From positions 17,042-81,041 of the IMG/VR virus record IMGVR_UViG_2930438282_000001: a DNA stretch of 64,000 bases; one strand, given 5' to 3'. The translations under genes were made by a program, and so were the position numbers. Shown piece by piece: positions 54,023-63,435 of this stretch. The notes under the pieces are model-generated. The model had not been told where the DNA came from, did not search any database, and worked only from the letters and a program-made list of their open reading frames with translations. This stretch comes from a virus. Taxonomy: Duplodnaviria > Caudoviricetes. How positions within the stretch are numbered: the first letter of the stretch is position 1; every line of letters begins with the position of its first letter.

Positions 54023-55089
54023 CGGCGCGCCCCCGATCCGGGAGCGGCGGCGTCGGGCCAGCTGGGGCGTTCAACGGGCTCTTCGTCCACGAACTCGCCG
54101 TCCCAGACACCCTCGTCGTCCGGGCCCTGCTCGTCGGTCGTGCTCCCGCCGCTGTCGTCCTTCGCCTCGTCGTCCTTCCGCGCGGCGATAGCCAGCAGCT
54201 TCTGCGAGAGTTCGTCGTCACCTTCCTTCGTGACGTGGCCGGCCGCGCGAGCCTTCCGCCACACGTCTCGAACGTCGTCTGAGGTGAGAGCCCCCTCCGC
54301 GTCCGCGATGTAGTCGGGGCGAGGCGCTTCGATCGCCAGACGGTTCTCTCTTGCGGACCCGGGATCCAGGGCCAGCGCTGTCGGCAGCGGTCCGGACAGA
54401 GCCTGTCGTGGGGTCACCCCACGGACCTCGACAACCACTACGGGGAAGTGCTTCGTCTGACCGCCTGCGATCCGGGTTCGCGGTTCGATCCGCAGCGTCA
54501 CAGGGACCAGGCCCTTGCCACCGGTCCCGGACAGGACCATGTCGACCGTGCCGGCCATCTCGTTGGCGGCGTAGAAGGAGTGCGTCTCGGCCCTCCAGAC
54601 GCCGACGTCCGGCATGTCGGGCAGGACTACGTTCAGGCGAGACGTCGCCGCGCAGACCTTGTCCTTGCGGTACTGGTCCTGCCGCAGCAGGTGCCACTCC
54701 TCGCCGTACTCGGCCATGCACAAGCACGGGCGGCGGGAGAGCTGCTCGGTCTCGCCGTCGCAGCGACGCTGGCAACCTCCCCTGTTCCACATCTCGTTGA
54801 ACTGGGACAGCGGGTCCCCGGGCGGCAGCAGCGCGTCGATCTGTTCCGCCTTGGTGATGACCCGGAACTGCGGCGCTCCGCTGCCTTGCGGCTGCCAGCG
54901 TTCGACCTCGCCACCCCAGGCTTCTGCGGCGGCCTGGACGTAGTGCTCAGCGTGGCTGGAGACGACCCACGTCTTTGACTTGACCGGGCGGGGACGCTTC
55001 TTCGGGTCGTCGTTCGGGACGCTCCATCCGGTGCGCAGGCGCCCGAGCTCCCGGGCCTGGCGCTGGAGGGTAATGATGCGGCCACCCAT
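54019..55089 (-). CDS. Gp3/recombination-directionality-factor-like protein
   Basis: IITLQRQARELGRLRTG, RRCDG, PCLC, C..TSRLNVVLP..GVWR.ETHS.YAA. Confidence 0.7.
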   Translation of the reverse strand: MGGRIITLQRQARELGRLRTGWSVPNDDPKKRPRPVKSKTWVVSSHAEHYVQAAAEAWGGEVERWQPQGSGAPQFRVITKAEQIDALLPPGDPLSQFNEMWNRGGCQRRCDGETEQLSRRPCLCMAEYGEEWHLLRQDQYRKDKVCAATSRLNVVLPDMPDVGVWRAETHSFYAANEMAGTVDMVLSGTGGKGLVPVTLRIEPRTRIAGGQTKHFPVVVVEVRGVTPRQALSGPLPTALALDPGSARENRLAIEAPRPDYIADAEGALTSDDVRDVWRKARAAGHVTKEGDDELSQKLLAIAARKDDEAKDDSGGSTTDEQGPDDEGVWDGEFVDEEPVERPSWPDAAAPGSGARR

Positions 55090-55091
55090 GA

Positions 55092-55940
55092 TCAGGCTGC
55101 CTTTCGGTTCGAGAGCGCCTCGTCTGCCACCGGAGGCAGGAGCGCGGGGTACGTGGATTCCGCTGCGTGCAGCCACTTCGTGGTCTCCAGCGCACCGCGG
55201 AACGCCCGGTGGGCGCGACGGTTGCCGGGCATAGGCACGAGGGCGTGCGAGCGGGAACGGAGATTGAGGATCCCGGTCCGGTTCACCGGAGGAACGGGCA
55301 TCTCACTGTCGTCGGGCAGCAGGACCGACTCGGCATAGCGGAGCGCGGCCAGCTGCAGCGTGTACTCCGGGTACACCGACGAAGCCGGCCGCGTCGCCGA
55401 CGACTTGTAGTCGATCAGCCACGCCTGCTTCGCCCGGCGTCCCCGGATCCAGCGGCGGCCGGTGCGCAAGAGCATGACGACGTCGCCAGTGCCCGCGTAG
55501 CCGAGACGGCGGTGCAGGAACGTCATCTCCGCGGCAAGGATGTCCTCGTCGAGGTCGACGTCCCACCGCTGCCAGAACAGCACCAGCTGCCGGGCGTACG
55601 GATCGACTTGCGGGTCGACCGGGTACGGGGCGCTGAGGGCCATCATGTGTGCGCGGTGGTGGATTCGGCTGCCCAGGTCCATGGCCTTCTCGGACGCGTT
55701 CCGGTGGACGGCCTTGATCTCCTTCAGCAGTGCCTCACGGTCGTTGACCGCCCGGCGGGCGACTTCGATCCGGTGTTCCAGCACCCATTCCGCGGTGAGC
55801 TTCACGGCCCACGGCGGGATCGCGTGCTTGGCGACACCGACTGAGAGGACGTTGGTCACGGACACCAGGTCCGGGCCCCCGGCGGGGTCGGTGTAGTACC
55901 GGCCGCGCTCGGTCTGCTTCGCGTACTTCGGATCGGTCAC
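55092..55940 (-). CDS. PD-(D/E)XK exonuclease (RecE/Cas4-like)
   Basis: LVSVTNVL, GSRIH, YAGTGD, LIDYKS, LQLAAL. Confidence 0.85.
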   Translation of the reverse strand: MTDPKYAKQTERGRYYTDPAGGPDLVSVTNVLSVGVAKHAIPPWAVKLTAEWVLEHRIEVARRAVNDREALLKEIKAVHRNASEKAMDLGSRIHHRAHMMALSAPYPVDPQVDPYARQLVLFWQRWDVDLDEDILAAEMTFLHRRLGYAGTGDVVMLLRTGRRWIRGRRAKQAWLIDYKSSATRPASSVYPEYTLQLAALRYAESVLLPDDSEMPVPPVNRTGILNLRSRSHALVPMPGNRRAHRAFRGALETTKWLHAAESTYPALLPPVADEALSNRKAA

Positions 55941-56122
55941 TGGCCACCGCCCGGGGTGAGGCTGGTGACGGCATCGGCCCACGCGGTGTCGGGGTCCGGG
56001 CCCCAGACGTCGTTGCCGTACGCCTCCATCGCGCGGGCCGCGATCTTGCGCGCGCCTTCGGGGCCGGCGAGGACTTCACCGCGCTCGATCTGCCCGAGGA
56101 CGCGCTCGGTGTCCGGGCTCAT
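55937..56122 (-). CDS. 61-aa hypothetical
   Basis: Coupled on both sides. Confidence 0.55.
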   Translation of the reverse strand: MSPDTERVLGQIERGEVLAGPEGARKIAARAMEAYGNDVWGPDPDTAWADAVTSLTPGGGQ

Positions 56123-56331
56123 GAGCGGCCGCCCTTCCGGCCCGTGACGGAGTCGGCCAGCGTGCTGAGCAGGAACGAGAGGAGGACCATCGCGTCGAGC
56201 CACGCGACGGTGGCGGCGGTCGGGTCGTTGAACGGGATCATCGCGAGGTTCGCGACGAGCCCCGCGGTGCCGCAGATGATCGTGTAGCGGACGGTCGCCC
56301 CGGCAATTTGGCGGACAGTGTGCTGGCTCAT
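56119..56331 (-). CDS. 70-aa 2-TM protein
   Basis: Hydrophobic, coupled. Confidence 0.6.
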   Translation of the reverse strand: MSQHTVRQIAGATVRYTIICGTAGLVANLAMIPFNDPTAATVAWLDAMVLLSFLLSTLADSVTGRKGGRS

Positions 56332-56678
56332 GGGCGCATGTCCGTCCCGTGCGGGAGCAGCCCACGGTCCATGGCGATTGCCACGGCGTGCGCGCCGTTC
56401 TTGGCGCCGAGCCGCGCGTAGAGACGGCGTCTCTGCGTCTTGACCGTTTCCACGGCCCGCCCGATCCGGCTGGCCGTCTCTACGATCTCCTCGCCGCCGG
56501 CGAGTCCAACGAGGACCAGGTGCAGGGACTGGCTGATCTCGGCCCGCGGCACGGTGCCCCGGGCCGCCCGGTCCATGACGTGTGTGGCCAGTCGGTCGAC
56601 CTGGACTCGCGTGAGTGGCAGGTTCAGTTCGTTGGCAGCGGCGATGATGTGCCGCCGCAGGTCGAGGACGGAGATCAT
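56328..56678 (-). CDS. LuxR-type HTH regulator
   Basis: ETVKTQRRRLYARLGAKNGAHAVAIA. Confidence 0.8.
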   Translation of the reverse strand: MISVLDLRRHIIAAANELNLPLTRVQVDRLATHVMDRAARGTVPRAEISQSLHLVLVGLAGGEEIVETASRIGRAVETVKTQRRRLYARLGAKNGAHAVAIAMDRGLLPHGTDMRP

Positions 56679-56911
56679 CGGTCCCCCCTGTGGTCGGTGC
56701 TGGTGAGGGCGTAGGTACGGCGGCCGTTCACGTCGGTCGCGGTCAAGTGACCGGACCGCGTCAAGGCACGAAGGTCTTTGCGTGCGGTGTTGCGGTGGCA
56801 GCTCCAGGGCGTTCCGGCGAGGAGCTGCTCTGCATCGGCTGTGCGGACCGGTCGGCCAGTCGCCGTTATGGCGGTGAGGAGCCAGTTCCGGCGGCGCGTC
56901 TCTTCGGCCAT
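56675..56911 (-). CDS. Small wHTH-like protein
   Basis: RNTARKDLRALTRSGHL. Confidence 0.6.
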   Translation of the reverse strand: MAEETRRRNWLLTAITATGRPVRTADAEQLLAGTPWSCHRNTARKDLRALTRSGHLTATDVNGRRTYALTSTDHRGDR

Positions 56912-57333
56912 CAGTGGTCTCCATCGAGCTCGAAGTAGCGGACGCCGTCCGCGTCGTGCTGGACCAGGTGGCCTTCGATGCGGAGGGCCTTGAGGTCGCC
57001 GGCGGCCCTGTAGGTGCCGACGTGGCCGTATCCGAGGCGCTTGTACAGGTGGATCGCGTGGCCGGACTTCCAGCGGCCGCCCTCGGCTTCGATCGCCTTC
57101 AGGAGGGCGGAACGACGCTGGGCCGTGACGAGATCGGAGTCGGGCTCGCCCGTCGCCAGGGCGGCACAGGCGATGTCCGTGCGGTCCAGGGCGTGCCGAT
57201 CGGGATCGTCGAGGGGCAAGTGGGTGCACAGCTCGTCGAGCTGAGCGAGCCGGCGGCGGACGACGAGCAGCTCCACGAGCCGGGAGATCCTCAGGGTCGG
57301 ATGCCCGCTGATCGGGCGGACGGCGGTGCTCAT
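56911..57333 (-). CDS. Hypothetical with wHTH-like C-term
   Basis: RAAGDLKALRIEGHL, resembles downstream neighbour. Confidence 0.6.
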   Translation of the reverse strand: MSTAVRPISGHPTLRISRLVELLVVRRRLAQLDELCTHLPLDDPDRHALDRTDIACAALATGEPDSDLVTAQRRSALLKAIEAEGGRWKSGHAIHLYKRLGYGHVGTYRAAGDLKALRIEGHLVQHDADGVRYFELDGDH

Positions 57334-57704
57334 TCGCCACCTGCCTCGCGCTGCGCCGGCACGGTGTCCAGGGCGGGGATGGCGTCCCGCAGGCGGTCGG
57401 CCAGTGTTGCGACGGCGGGCCCGTACAGGGCCAGTTCGAAGCCGACGGCCTCGATGAGCCGCTCCATGAGGAGCTTCTCTGGCGCCCACCCGTCGTGGTC
57501 ACGGCTGATGCCGCGATCGTCGGAGATGTCCAGCAGCAGGGCCAGGAGGTCCGGGTCGTCCGCGATCCGCGTGATCACGGCGGTCAGGTAGTGCTCCACG
57601 TCGAGCATCGCGCCGGCCGGAGTACGGCGGACGTAGATGCGGTAGGGGCCGGTGACTGCGGGGCGGCGGAACAGCCGGTGAACGGCGTGGAGAGCACGCT
57701 TCAT
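57330..57704 (-). CDS. Hypothetical
   Basis: 124 aa, coupled. Confidence 0.6.
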   Translation of the reverse strand: MKRALHAVHRLFRRPAVTGPYRIYVRRTPAGAMLDVEHYLTAVITRIADDPDLLALLLDISDDRGISRDHDGWAPEKLLMERLIEAVGFELALYGPAVATLADRLRDAIPALDTVPAQREAGGE

Positions 57705-57928
57705 CGGGTAACTCCCTTCGGGGCGGTGAGAAGCAGCAGGAGAACCGCCGCGGTGAGCGCGGCTTCGTCGCGCAGCACGCGGGCCTTGTCGGGGAGTTCG
57801 CGTACGGCGCGTGGTAGGAAGTGCTCGGCCTCCACGAAGAGGAAGAACGGCACGAGCGAGCCGCTGAACAGGGTGATCGCGAAGAACACGCAGGTGAGGA
57901 CTTCGCGGGCAGAGGTTTCGCCGATCAT
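57701..57928 (-). CDS. Small membrane protein
   Basis: 75 aa, coupled. Confidence 0.55.
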   Translation of the reverse strand: MIGETSAREVLTCVFFAITLFSGSLVPFFLFVEAEHFLPRAVRELPDKARVLRDEAALTAAVLLLLLTAPKGVTR

Positions 57929-58338
57929 GCGTTCCCACCCACCAGACGCATCGCGTCGTCGGCCGAAAGCGGCCTCAGCCACAGGCCGATCAGGTGGTCA
58001 TGCATCCGGCAGTGATCGGCCTCGCACCGCCACGGGTCTACTACGGGCGCGAAGGGCTTCGCGGCCTCCCACGGCTCCGGGCAACGGCACACGCTCTTGC
58101 GAGCCTCGCGGCGGGCCTTCATCCGCGCGAGGATCTGGCGCTCCGTCGGCTGCTCCCACTGGTGGTAGCCCCGCTTCGGCAAGTACTGCCAACCGTGGGG
58201 CCCAGCGATGCCGCACCAGCGGCAGCCGAACGGCGTCGGCGGCTGCCCCTGAGGCCAGCGGACGATGCTGTGAGCCATGCCCGAGTCGACGTCGCGGAGC
58301 CGGAACCCAGTCGGATGTGAGTGGATCCACGTCTTCAT
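57925..58338 (-). CDS. Cys/His-rich hypothetical
   Basis: GCRWCG..H; 137 aa. Confidence 0.65.
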   Translation of the reverse strand: MKTWIHSHPTGFRLRDVDSGMAHSIVRWPQGQPPTPFGCRWCGIAGPHGWQYLPKRGYHQWEQPTERQILARMKARREARKSVCRCPEPWEAAKPFAPVVDPWRCEADHCRMHDHLIGLWLRPLSADDAMRLVGGNA

Positions 58339-58646
58339 CGGCTCTCACCCGCTCCACAGGTGTTGCAGGTAAAACCCACAGGCGGCTCGCCGCCGCACTT
58401 CGAGCAGTGATCGCCGAACAGGTCACCGGCGGCCACGCCGAACAGTTCGGCAAGCGCGGCAATCTCGTTGGCGGTCCATGCCTTCGGACGGCCGGTTTCC
58501 GGGGATCGCTCGGCTGCGGACCAAGAGGCGAGCGAGACTCGTTTGCCACTGACGGCGCTCATTCGCCGTGCGGCGTCTTCTTGTGTCCAGCCCTTTGCTC
58601 GGCGCAGTCGTCGAACGTTGCGGCTGATGTTCTCGGCGGCGCTCAT
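58335..58646 (-). CDS. XRE HTH protein with C-terminal Zn ribbon
   Basis: VRRLRRAKGWTQEDAA; CSKC..CNTC. Confidence 0.8.
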   Translation of the reverse strand: MSAAENISRNVRRLRRAKGWTQEDAARRMSAVSGKRVSLASWSAAERSPETGRPKAWTANEIAALAELFGVAAGDLFGDHCSKCGGEPPVGFTCNTCGAGESR

Positions 58647-59554
58647 TCGTCACCGTCCGGGTCGTACGCGGAGGAGACCTCCAGCGGCGTCACCACGTAC
58701 CCGGTGCCACGGATCAATCCGCCGGTCTCGGCCGGGGTGATGTGCAGCTCGTACTCAGCCTCCGGGCCGATGTCATCGGCCGACCAGCTCAGGTGGCGGA
58801 TTGAGCCCTCGGGCTCCTCCTGCCGCACCTTGCTCTCGCAGTGAGCCTGCGCAGCCTCACGGGTTGTGTAGTGGCCCATCACGATCGAGTCGTGCGACGC
58901 CCGGAACACCGTCAATGAGAGATCACCGGTGAGTTCGCCGAGGAGGGCGGGCGCCAGATCCTCGACAAAGACGAACCGCTTCCCGTCCTCGTTCTTCCAG
59001 ACCTGGACCATCGCAGCGCGGTGAAGACGCTCCTTGAGAACGTCCTGCTCACGCTTCAACTCGGCCGTGTCGAACGTGTACGCCCGCTCAACCTCGTCGA
59101 GCCGGACTCGAATCTTCTCGACCTTGTCGATCGCCCGGATACGCAGGTCATCGAGGCCGGCGTTCGCCTTCTCCAACTCGGCGACCCTGGCGAGCAAGTG
59201 CTCGTTGTCCCGCATTAGCTTGCGCGTGACCGGGTTCCGGCTGGCCTGGTCCTCCTCCCAGGCAGCCTGCAGCCCGTCCCGATTCGGGTCCTCCAGCAGC
59301 CACGCCCTGATAGCGGAACGGGCCGCCGTCGAAGCGGAGTCAGAAACCATCCCGCTGTCCGCGACGTACTGGTGCGCGACGTCCAGCACCTCGGGCCACG
59401 CACGGTCCGTCAGCCCGTGGAACATCTCGGCTGGCAGCAGGTACGTTGCACGCGCTACTTCGGGGATCTGTACGTGCACGGCTGTCTGCTTCTCGGACGG
59501 GTGCACGAAGTCGTATGAGTCCAGTCCGACGCGGACGGTGATCGAGTCATTCAT
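58643..59554 (-). CDS. Modular coiled-coil phage protein
   Basis: 303 aa, coupled. Confidence 0.7.
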   Translation of the reverse strand: MNDSITVRVGLDSYDFVHPSEKQTAVHVQIPEVARATYLLPAEMFHGLTDRAWPEVLDVAHQYVADSGMVSDSASTAARSAIRAWLLEDPNRDGLQAAWEEDQASRNPVTRKLMRDNEHLLARVAELEKANAGLDDLRIRAIDKVEKIRVRLDEVERAYTFDTAELKREQDVLKERLHRAAMVQVWKNEDGKRFVFVEDLAPALLGELTGDLSLTVFRASHDSIVMGHYTTREAAQAHCESKVRQEEPEGSIRHLSWSADDIGPEAEYELHITPAETGGLIRGTGYVVTPLEVSSAYDPDGDE

Positions 59555-59916
59555 GCCGCCACCGCCGACGCTTCGGCCTGTGGGACGTTCTGTTCGTGCG
59601 TGAGCGGGACGTTGAAGCCCGTCAGCAACACCTTCGTGCCGCGGAACATGCCCTCGACCTGAAGCCAGACGTAGTCATGCGTCGAGCGGAGCTCCACGTC
59701 CGGCGGTGCCAGTTCAAGGGCTGTTCGCCACTGCTCGAAGTCCTGTGGCGAGTCCAGCTGGATGCCAATCCAGCTGGCGATCCCGTGCATGGGGCGGTGG
59801 GTCCTGAGGTACGCGGCGGGCAGGTGCCCAACCTCTTGCGTCAGGGACAGCAGTAGCGCAAGGGCGTCGCCCTGTTCCCGGAGCTGCGCGGCTGGGACGG
59901 TAGTCTCTGTGGCCAT
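59551..59916 (-). CDS. Hypothetical
   Basis: 121 aa, RBS GAAAGAAGG. Confidence 0.65.
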   Translation of the reverse strand: MATETTVPAAQLREQGDALALLLSLTQEVGHLPAAYLRTHRPMHGIASWIGIQLDSPQDFEQWRTALELAPPDVELRSTHDYVWLQVEGMFRGTKVLLTGFNVPLTHEQNVPQAEASAVAA

Positions 59917-60008
59917 CGGTGGCCTTCTTTCTCTGGTGTGGAAGTCGCCGAATGTCGTTGGGCTGCTCAGGACCGGCCAGTCGGAGCGGCCCTTCGGCGT
60001 TTGTGGGG

Positions 60009-60125
60009 TCAGGCGCCGAGTGGGCGGTCGCGCCGGCACTTCCGGCACTGCATGCGGATCGGCGGATTCCTGTGTTGGCAGGTCGGGCAGACCCAGGCGA
60101 GGAGAGATCGCAGGCGCGCCCGCAT
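60009..60125 (-). CDS. 38-aa RanBP2/NZF-type zinc finger micro-protein
   Basis: WVCPTCQHRNPPIRMQCRKC fits W-x-C-x2-C-x3-N-x6-C-x2-C; TGATG coupled. Confidence 0.6.
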   Translation of the reverse strand: MRARLRSLLAWVCPTCQHRNPPIRMQCRKCRRDRPLGA

Positions 60126-60334
60126 CACGCGCCTTCCAGCAGCCGCACCAGGGCTGCAGTCGCGAAGACGTGACGTCCGGGCACGGGTACCGGGCTGACC
60201 GGCGAGTTGCCGCTCTTGACGAGGTTGCGGAGGTGGCTCGCGGAGATGCCGAGCGCGGAGGCCGCCTTCGGCAGGTTGACCGCGGCCGGCCAGGTGCGGA
60301 TTTCGTCGAGAGTCGGGCGCTCGGCGACCATCAC
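60125..60334 (-). CDS. Excisionase-like HTH protein
   Basis: AVNLPKAASALGIS..LVKSG; follows Cro. Confidence 0.7.
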   Translation of the reverse strand: MMVAERPTLDEIRTWPAAVNLPKAASALGISASHLRNLVKSGNSPVSPVPVPGRHVFATAALVRLLEGA

Positions 60335-60582
60335 GCAGCACCTGCCTGGGTGTCCGCCGTACTCGTGGCGCCCGGATCGGGCGGCATCAGATCGACGATT
60401 TCGCAGTCCAAGGCCTCAGCGAACTGCTTGAGAAGGCGGGGCGACGGATTGCCCAGCCCGCGTTCGATGCGCCCTACGTACGACTTGTGACAGCCAACCT
60501 TCGCGGCCAGTTCCTTGCGGTTGAGGCCTGCCTGGATCCGGCGTCGCTGCAGTCTCTGTGGGTCAGTGGTGGGTGGAGACAT
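60331..60582 (-). CDS. Cro-like XRE regulator
   Basis: RRIQAGLNRKELAAKVG..YVGRIERG..PS; leaderless. Confidence 0.88.
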   Translation of the reverse strand: MSPPTTDPQRLQRRRIQAGLNRKELAAKVGCHKSYVGRIERGLGNPSPRLLKQFAEALDCEIVDLMPPDPGATSTADTQAGAA

Positions 60583-60588
60583 GCCACA

Positions 60589-60744
60589 AGAGTAGCGAGA
60601 AGTAGCAACAAGTCAAGAGAAAAGTAGCGAGAAGTAGCCTCAGGTTTGTGAAGAAGTTGTGGGGTGCCCTTCCCGTGGGGTCGGGGGACCCGTACACCTG
60701 GGACAGTTGACTAAAGTTGCCTAAAGTTCACAGGAGTAGGAGAA
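60589..60744. promoter_or_regulatory. Genetic switch: divergent promoters with 10-bp-periodic AGT-core repeats
   Basis: AGTAGCGAGA-type x5 (60591-60642), AGTTG(A/C)CTAA-type x4 (60705-60744); TTGACT-16-TACTCT before cro ATG. Confidence 0.7.
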
Positions 60745-60747
60745 ACC

Positions 60748-61278
60748 ATGAGCTCGCCCGAGCACGGCCCCCCGGCGCCGCCGCCCGAGGCAGACCTCAT
60801 CCGCCTCGCACGCCAAGCACGTGGCCTCAGTACCGACGAAGCGGCGGACCGCACCCCTGTGCGCATCAAGGGGTTCAGGTGGCGTCAGATCGAGAACGGC
60901 TTCAAAGGCAAGCCCGGCGCTTCCGATCCTGTGAAGGCGCCGGCGAAAACCCTCGCCCACATGGCATACACCGTGGGCGTCGCCTCCACCAGGCTCGCCG
61001 AGGTGGGCCGAGAAGATGCGGCCAAGATCCTCCGTGAAATCCAGATCCAGCGCGCGGGCGAGACGGCGAGTCTCCCTGACCCACTGGACCACCTGGATCC
61101 GCAGAGGCAGCGCATCATCCTGGACATGCTCCAGCAACTGCCACCAGCTGATCGCGGGCCGGCGCTTCGAAGGCTCGCTGAGCGAGTTGAGGCTGGCGAG
61201 ATGGGCGTCGAGTCTGACCCAGACGTGCCGCAGGGGCAGTTGCGGTCGGTGGAGGAGCGACCTACTCAGACCGGATAG
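60748..61278 (+). CDS. Immunity repressor-like XRE protein
   Basis: LIRLARQARGLSTDEAA..RWRQIENG; divergent from Cro; RBS AGGAG. Confidence 0.75.
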   Translation: MSSPEHGPPAPPPEADLIRLARQARGLSTDEAADRTPVRIKGFRWRQIENGFKGKPGASDPVKAPAKTLAHMAYTVGVASTRLAEVGREDAAKILREIQIQRAGETASLPDPLDHLDPQRQRIILDMLQQLPPADRGPALRRLAERVEAGEMGVESDPDVPQGQLRSVEERPTQTG

Positions 61279-61404
61279 TAAAGAGTTAGTCACGATCCGT
61301 GTCTGTTCGAATCACTTGAGTCAACTCCTGTCGCATTGTGTGTACTCCGCACACACGCCGACGTGTACGGAGACCGAGACCAACCGTGCAACAGGGGATA
61401 GAGA

Positions 61405-62190
61405 ATGATCTACGTCATTCTCGCGGCTGGGCTCGGCGTCGCTAACTTCATCGCGTATGCGCTGCTTTTCCGGCGGGCGAGGCAACTCGCCCGGCAGCTC
61501 AGCGACATGCGTGCCGAGCACAACAGCGAATGGATACTGCACGCCCTCCGGGACGTGCCCGACCGACCAGAGCAAGCGGCCCGGACCGCGAACGGGGGCT
61601 ACCACCTGCTGGCCGCCAGCCAGCAACCGATCCGCCGCAAACGGCACCTAGGGCTGTACCTAGGAGGAGGAGTCGCCGCGATCCTGGCCGCTATAGGCCA
61701 GACAGCGCGGCAGACCTGGCAGAAGAACCGAGGCCAGGTTCTTAGCGGAGCCGTAGGCGCCAGCATCGCCTCAACGGCTGCCCTCGCGGCCGTCGTCAGC
61801 ACATGGCCGAATGGCACCGGCAACGGACCGCCGTCCGCCGCACCGACGGTGACCGCCACCATCACCAGCACCCCCCGGTACTCACCTCAAGAGCCGCCGG
61901 GAGGGGCGCCCATGATGGCACCCGCCCCCACGAGCCGGGCTGGACGCACACCAACTCCAGCCCCTACGGCGTCCGCCGGCCAGGGCGCCACACTGACGCC
62001 CGGGCCGGGACAGACTGGCATTTCGATCCCTCCGGGCCTTGGAGAGATCACGCCGAGCCTGACGCCCCAACTGCCAGTGCCTACCGCCTCACCAACGAGC
62101 ACGGCAGTGGCTGTGAACTATGACGGATGCTTCGGCATCAGCCTCGCCCCTCTCCTCCGCGTGCACTTGTGTCACCCGGAAGGGAGGTAA
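61405..62190 (+). CDS. Membrane protein with Pro/Thr-rich C-terminus
   Basis: 261 aa, 2-3 TM segments, between repressor and integrase. Confidence 0.65.
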   Translation: MIYVILAAGLGVANFIAYALLFRRARQLARQLSDMRAEHNSEWILHALRDVPDRPEQAARTANGGYHLLAASQQPIRRKRHLGLYLGGGVAAILAAIGQTARQTWQKNRGQVLSGAVGASIASTAALAAVVSTWPNGTGNGPPSAAPTVTATITSTPRYSPQEPPGGAPMMAPAPTSRAGRTPTPAPTASAGQGATLTPGPGQTGISIPPGLGEITPSLTPQLPVPTASPTSTAVAVNYDGCFGISLAPLLRVHLCHPEGR

Positions 62191-62214
62191 CGGCACAACA
62201 CCAGAGAGAAGGTC

Positions 62215-63435
62215 ATGGCAGAGATCAAGAAGGTCGTGCTGCGAGGCGGTGCCGTCAGGTACCGCTTCGTGGTCGACGTCGGCTACGAGCCGAAGAAGGA
62301 CAAGACCACCGGCGAGCCCGTCCTCGACGACAACGGGCAGCCGGTGATGAAACGCAGGCAGCTCACCGTCACGAAGAAGACGAAGACCGAGGCGAAGACC
62401 GAACTTGCCCGCATCGAGAACGAGCGGGCAGCGGGGACGTTCATTGCCCCGAATGAGATCACCGTGGCGCAATGGCTGGACCAGTGGCTGGAATACAAGC
62501 GCAGGGACGTCGAGGAGACGACGATCCGCACCTACAAGCTCGCGCTCGTACACGTCTACGATCGGCTCGGCCACATCCGTCTGCAGGAGCTCACCGAGGA
62601 CCAGGTCCGCGACTTCATCGACGAGGTGGTTGCCACCGGCCGGCGCAAGGGCGGCGAGCCCGGGACGCGACTTGCGGTGTCCACGGCCGAGGGCATTCTC
62701 ACGCGTCTTCGCGAGGCGTTGGCGCGTGCCGTCGTCCGGAAGCTCGTCCCCGTGAACGTGGCGATGCACGTCCGGGTGGCGCTCGCCGACAAGAAGATCG
62801 ACAAGCGGGAGCGGCCGGCACTGAAGCCGTGGACGGTTTCAGAGGTGCAGACGTTCATCAAGGGCATCGAGCAGGATCGGCTGTACTCGCCGCTGCTGCT
62901 CTCCCTGATGGGCCTTCGGCCAGCCGAGGTCTGCGGGCAGAAGTGGCCGTTCATCGATCTCCAAGTGGGTGTTCTCGAGATGACCAACACCCGCACGATG
63001 ATCGGCAACAAGGACGTGCTGGAGAAGGACGCCAAGACTGCGGCCGGCGAACGTGGGCTCCCGCTGCCGTCGAAAGTCCTGGAGGCGCTGAAAAAGTTCA
63101 AGGCGCAGCAGGCTCGGGAGAAGTTGGCGGCGGGGGAGGCGTACACCGATAGCGGGTACGTCGTCGTCGATGAGCTGGGCGTCGTACTCAACACGCGCCA
63201 GCTGCGGGAGCACACGTACCGGCTGATGCGCAGACTCGGCCTGCGGCAGGTCCGCCTGTACGACGCGCGACACTCCTGCTTGACCTATCTGGCGAACAAC
63301 GGGGTGCCGGACCACATCCTCGCCCGCTGGGCTGGCCACACGAGTGCTGCCTTCACGAAGAAGAAGTACGTCCATGTCGAGCCCGAGGACATGCGTGACG
63401 CGGCCACCGCGTGGGACGCATTCCACAGCGGGTGA
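62215..63435 (+). CDS. int: Tyrosine integrase
   Basis: GLRPAE, K, YDARH, AGH, Y; N-terminal arm-binding and core-binding regions. Confidence 0.95.
   Translation: MAEIKKVVLRGGAVRYRFVVDVGYEPKKDKTTGEPVLDDNGQPVMKRRQLTVTKKTKTEAKTELARIENERAAGTFIAPNEITVAQWLDQWLEYKRRDVEETTIRTYKLALVHVYDRLGHIRLQELTEDQVRDFIDEVVATGRRKGGEPGTRLAVSTAEGILTRLREALARAVVRKLVPVNVAMHVRVALADKKIDKRERPALKPWTVSEVQTFIKGIEQDRLYSPLLLSLMGLRPAEVCGQKWPFIDLQVGVLEMTNTRTMIGNKDVLEKDAKTAAGERGLPLPSKVLEALKKFKAQQAREKLAAGEAYTDSGYVVVDELGVVLNTRQLREHTYRLMRRLGLRQVRLYDARHSCLTYLANNGVPDHILARWAGHTSAAFTKKKYVHVEPEDMRDAATAWDAFHSG

Noticed and set aside
60591-60744. CRISPR-like array (also 31219-31278)
   Set aside because: 10-bp degenerate units without spacers; no cas operon
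61295-61312. LexA/SOS box (also TCGAAC at 31218)
   Set aside because: Only one half-site matches the actinobacterial TCGAAC-N4-GNNCGA consensus
63250-63280. Inactive integrase because HxxR reads YDAR
   Set aside because: Other catalytic residues are intact and this position is known to vary among tyrosine recombinases
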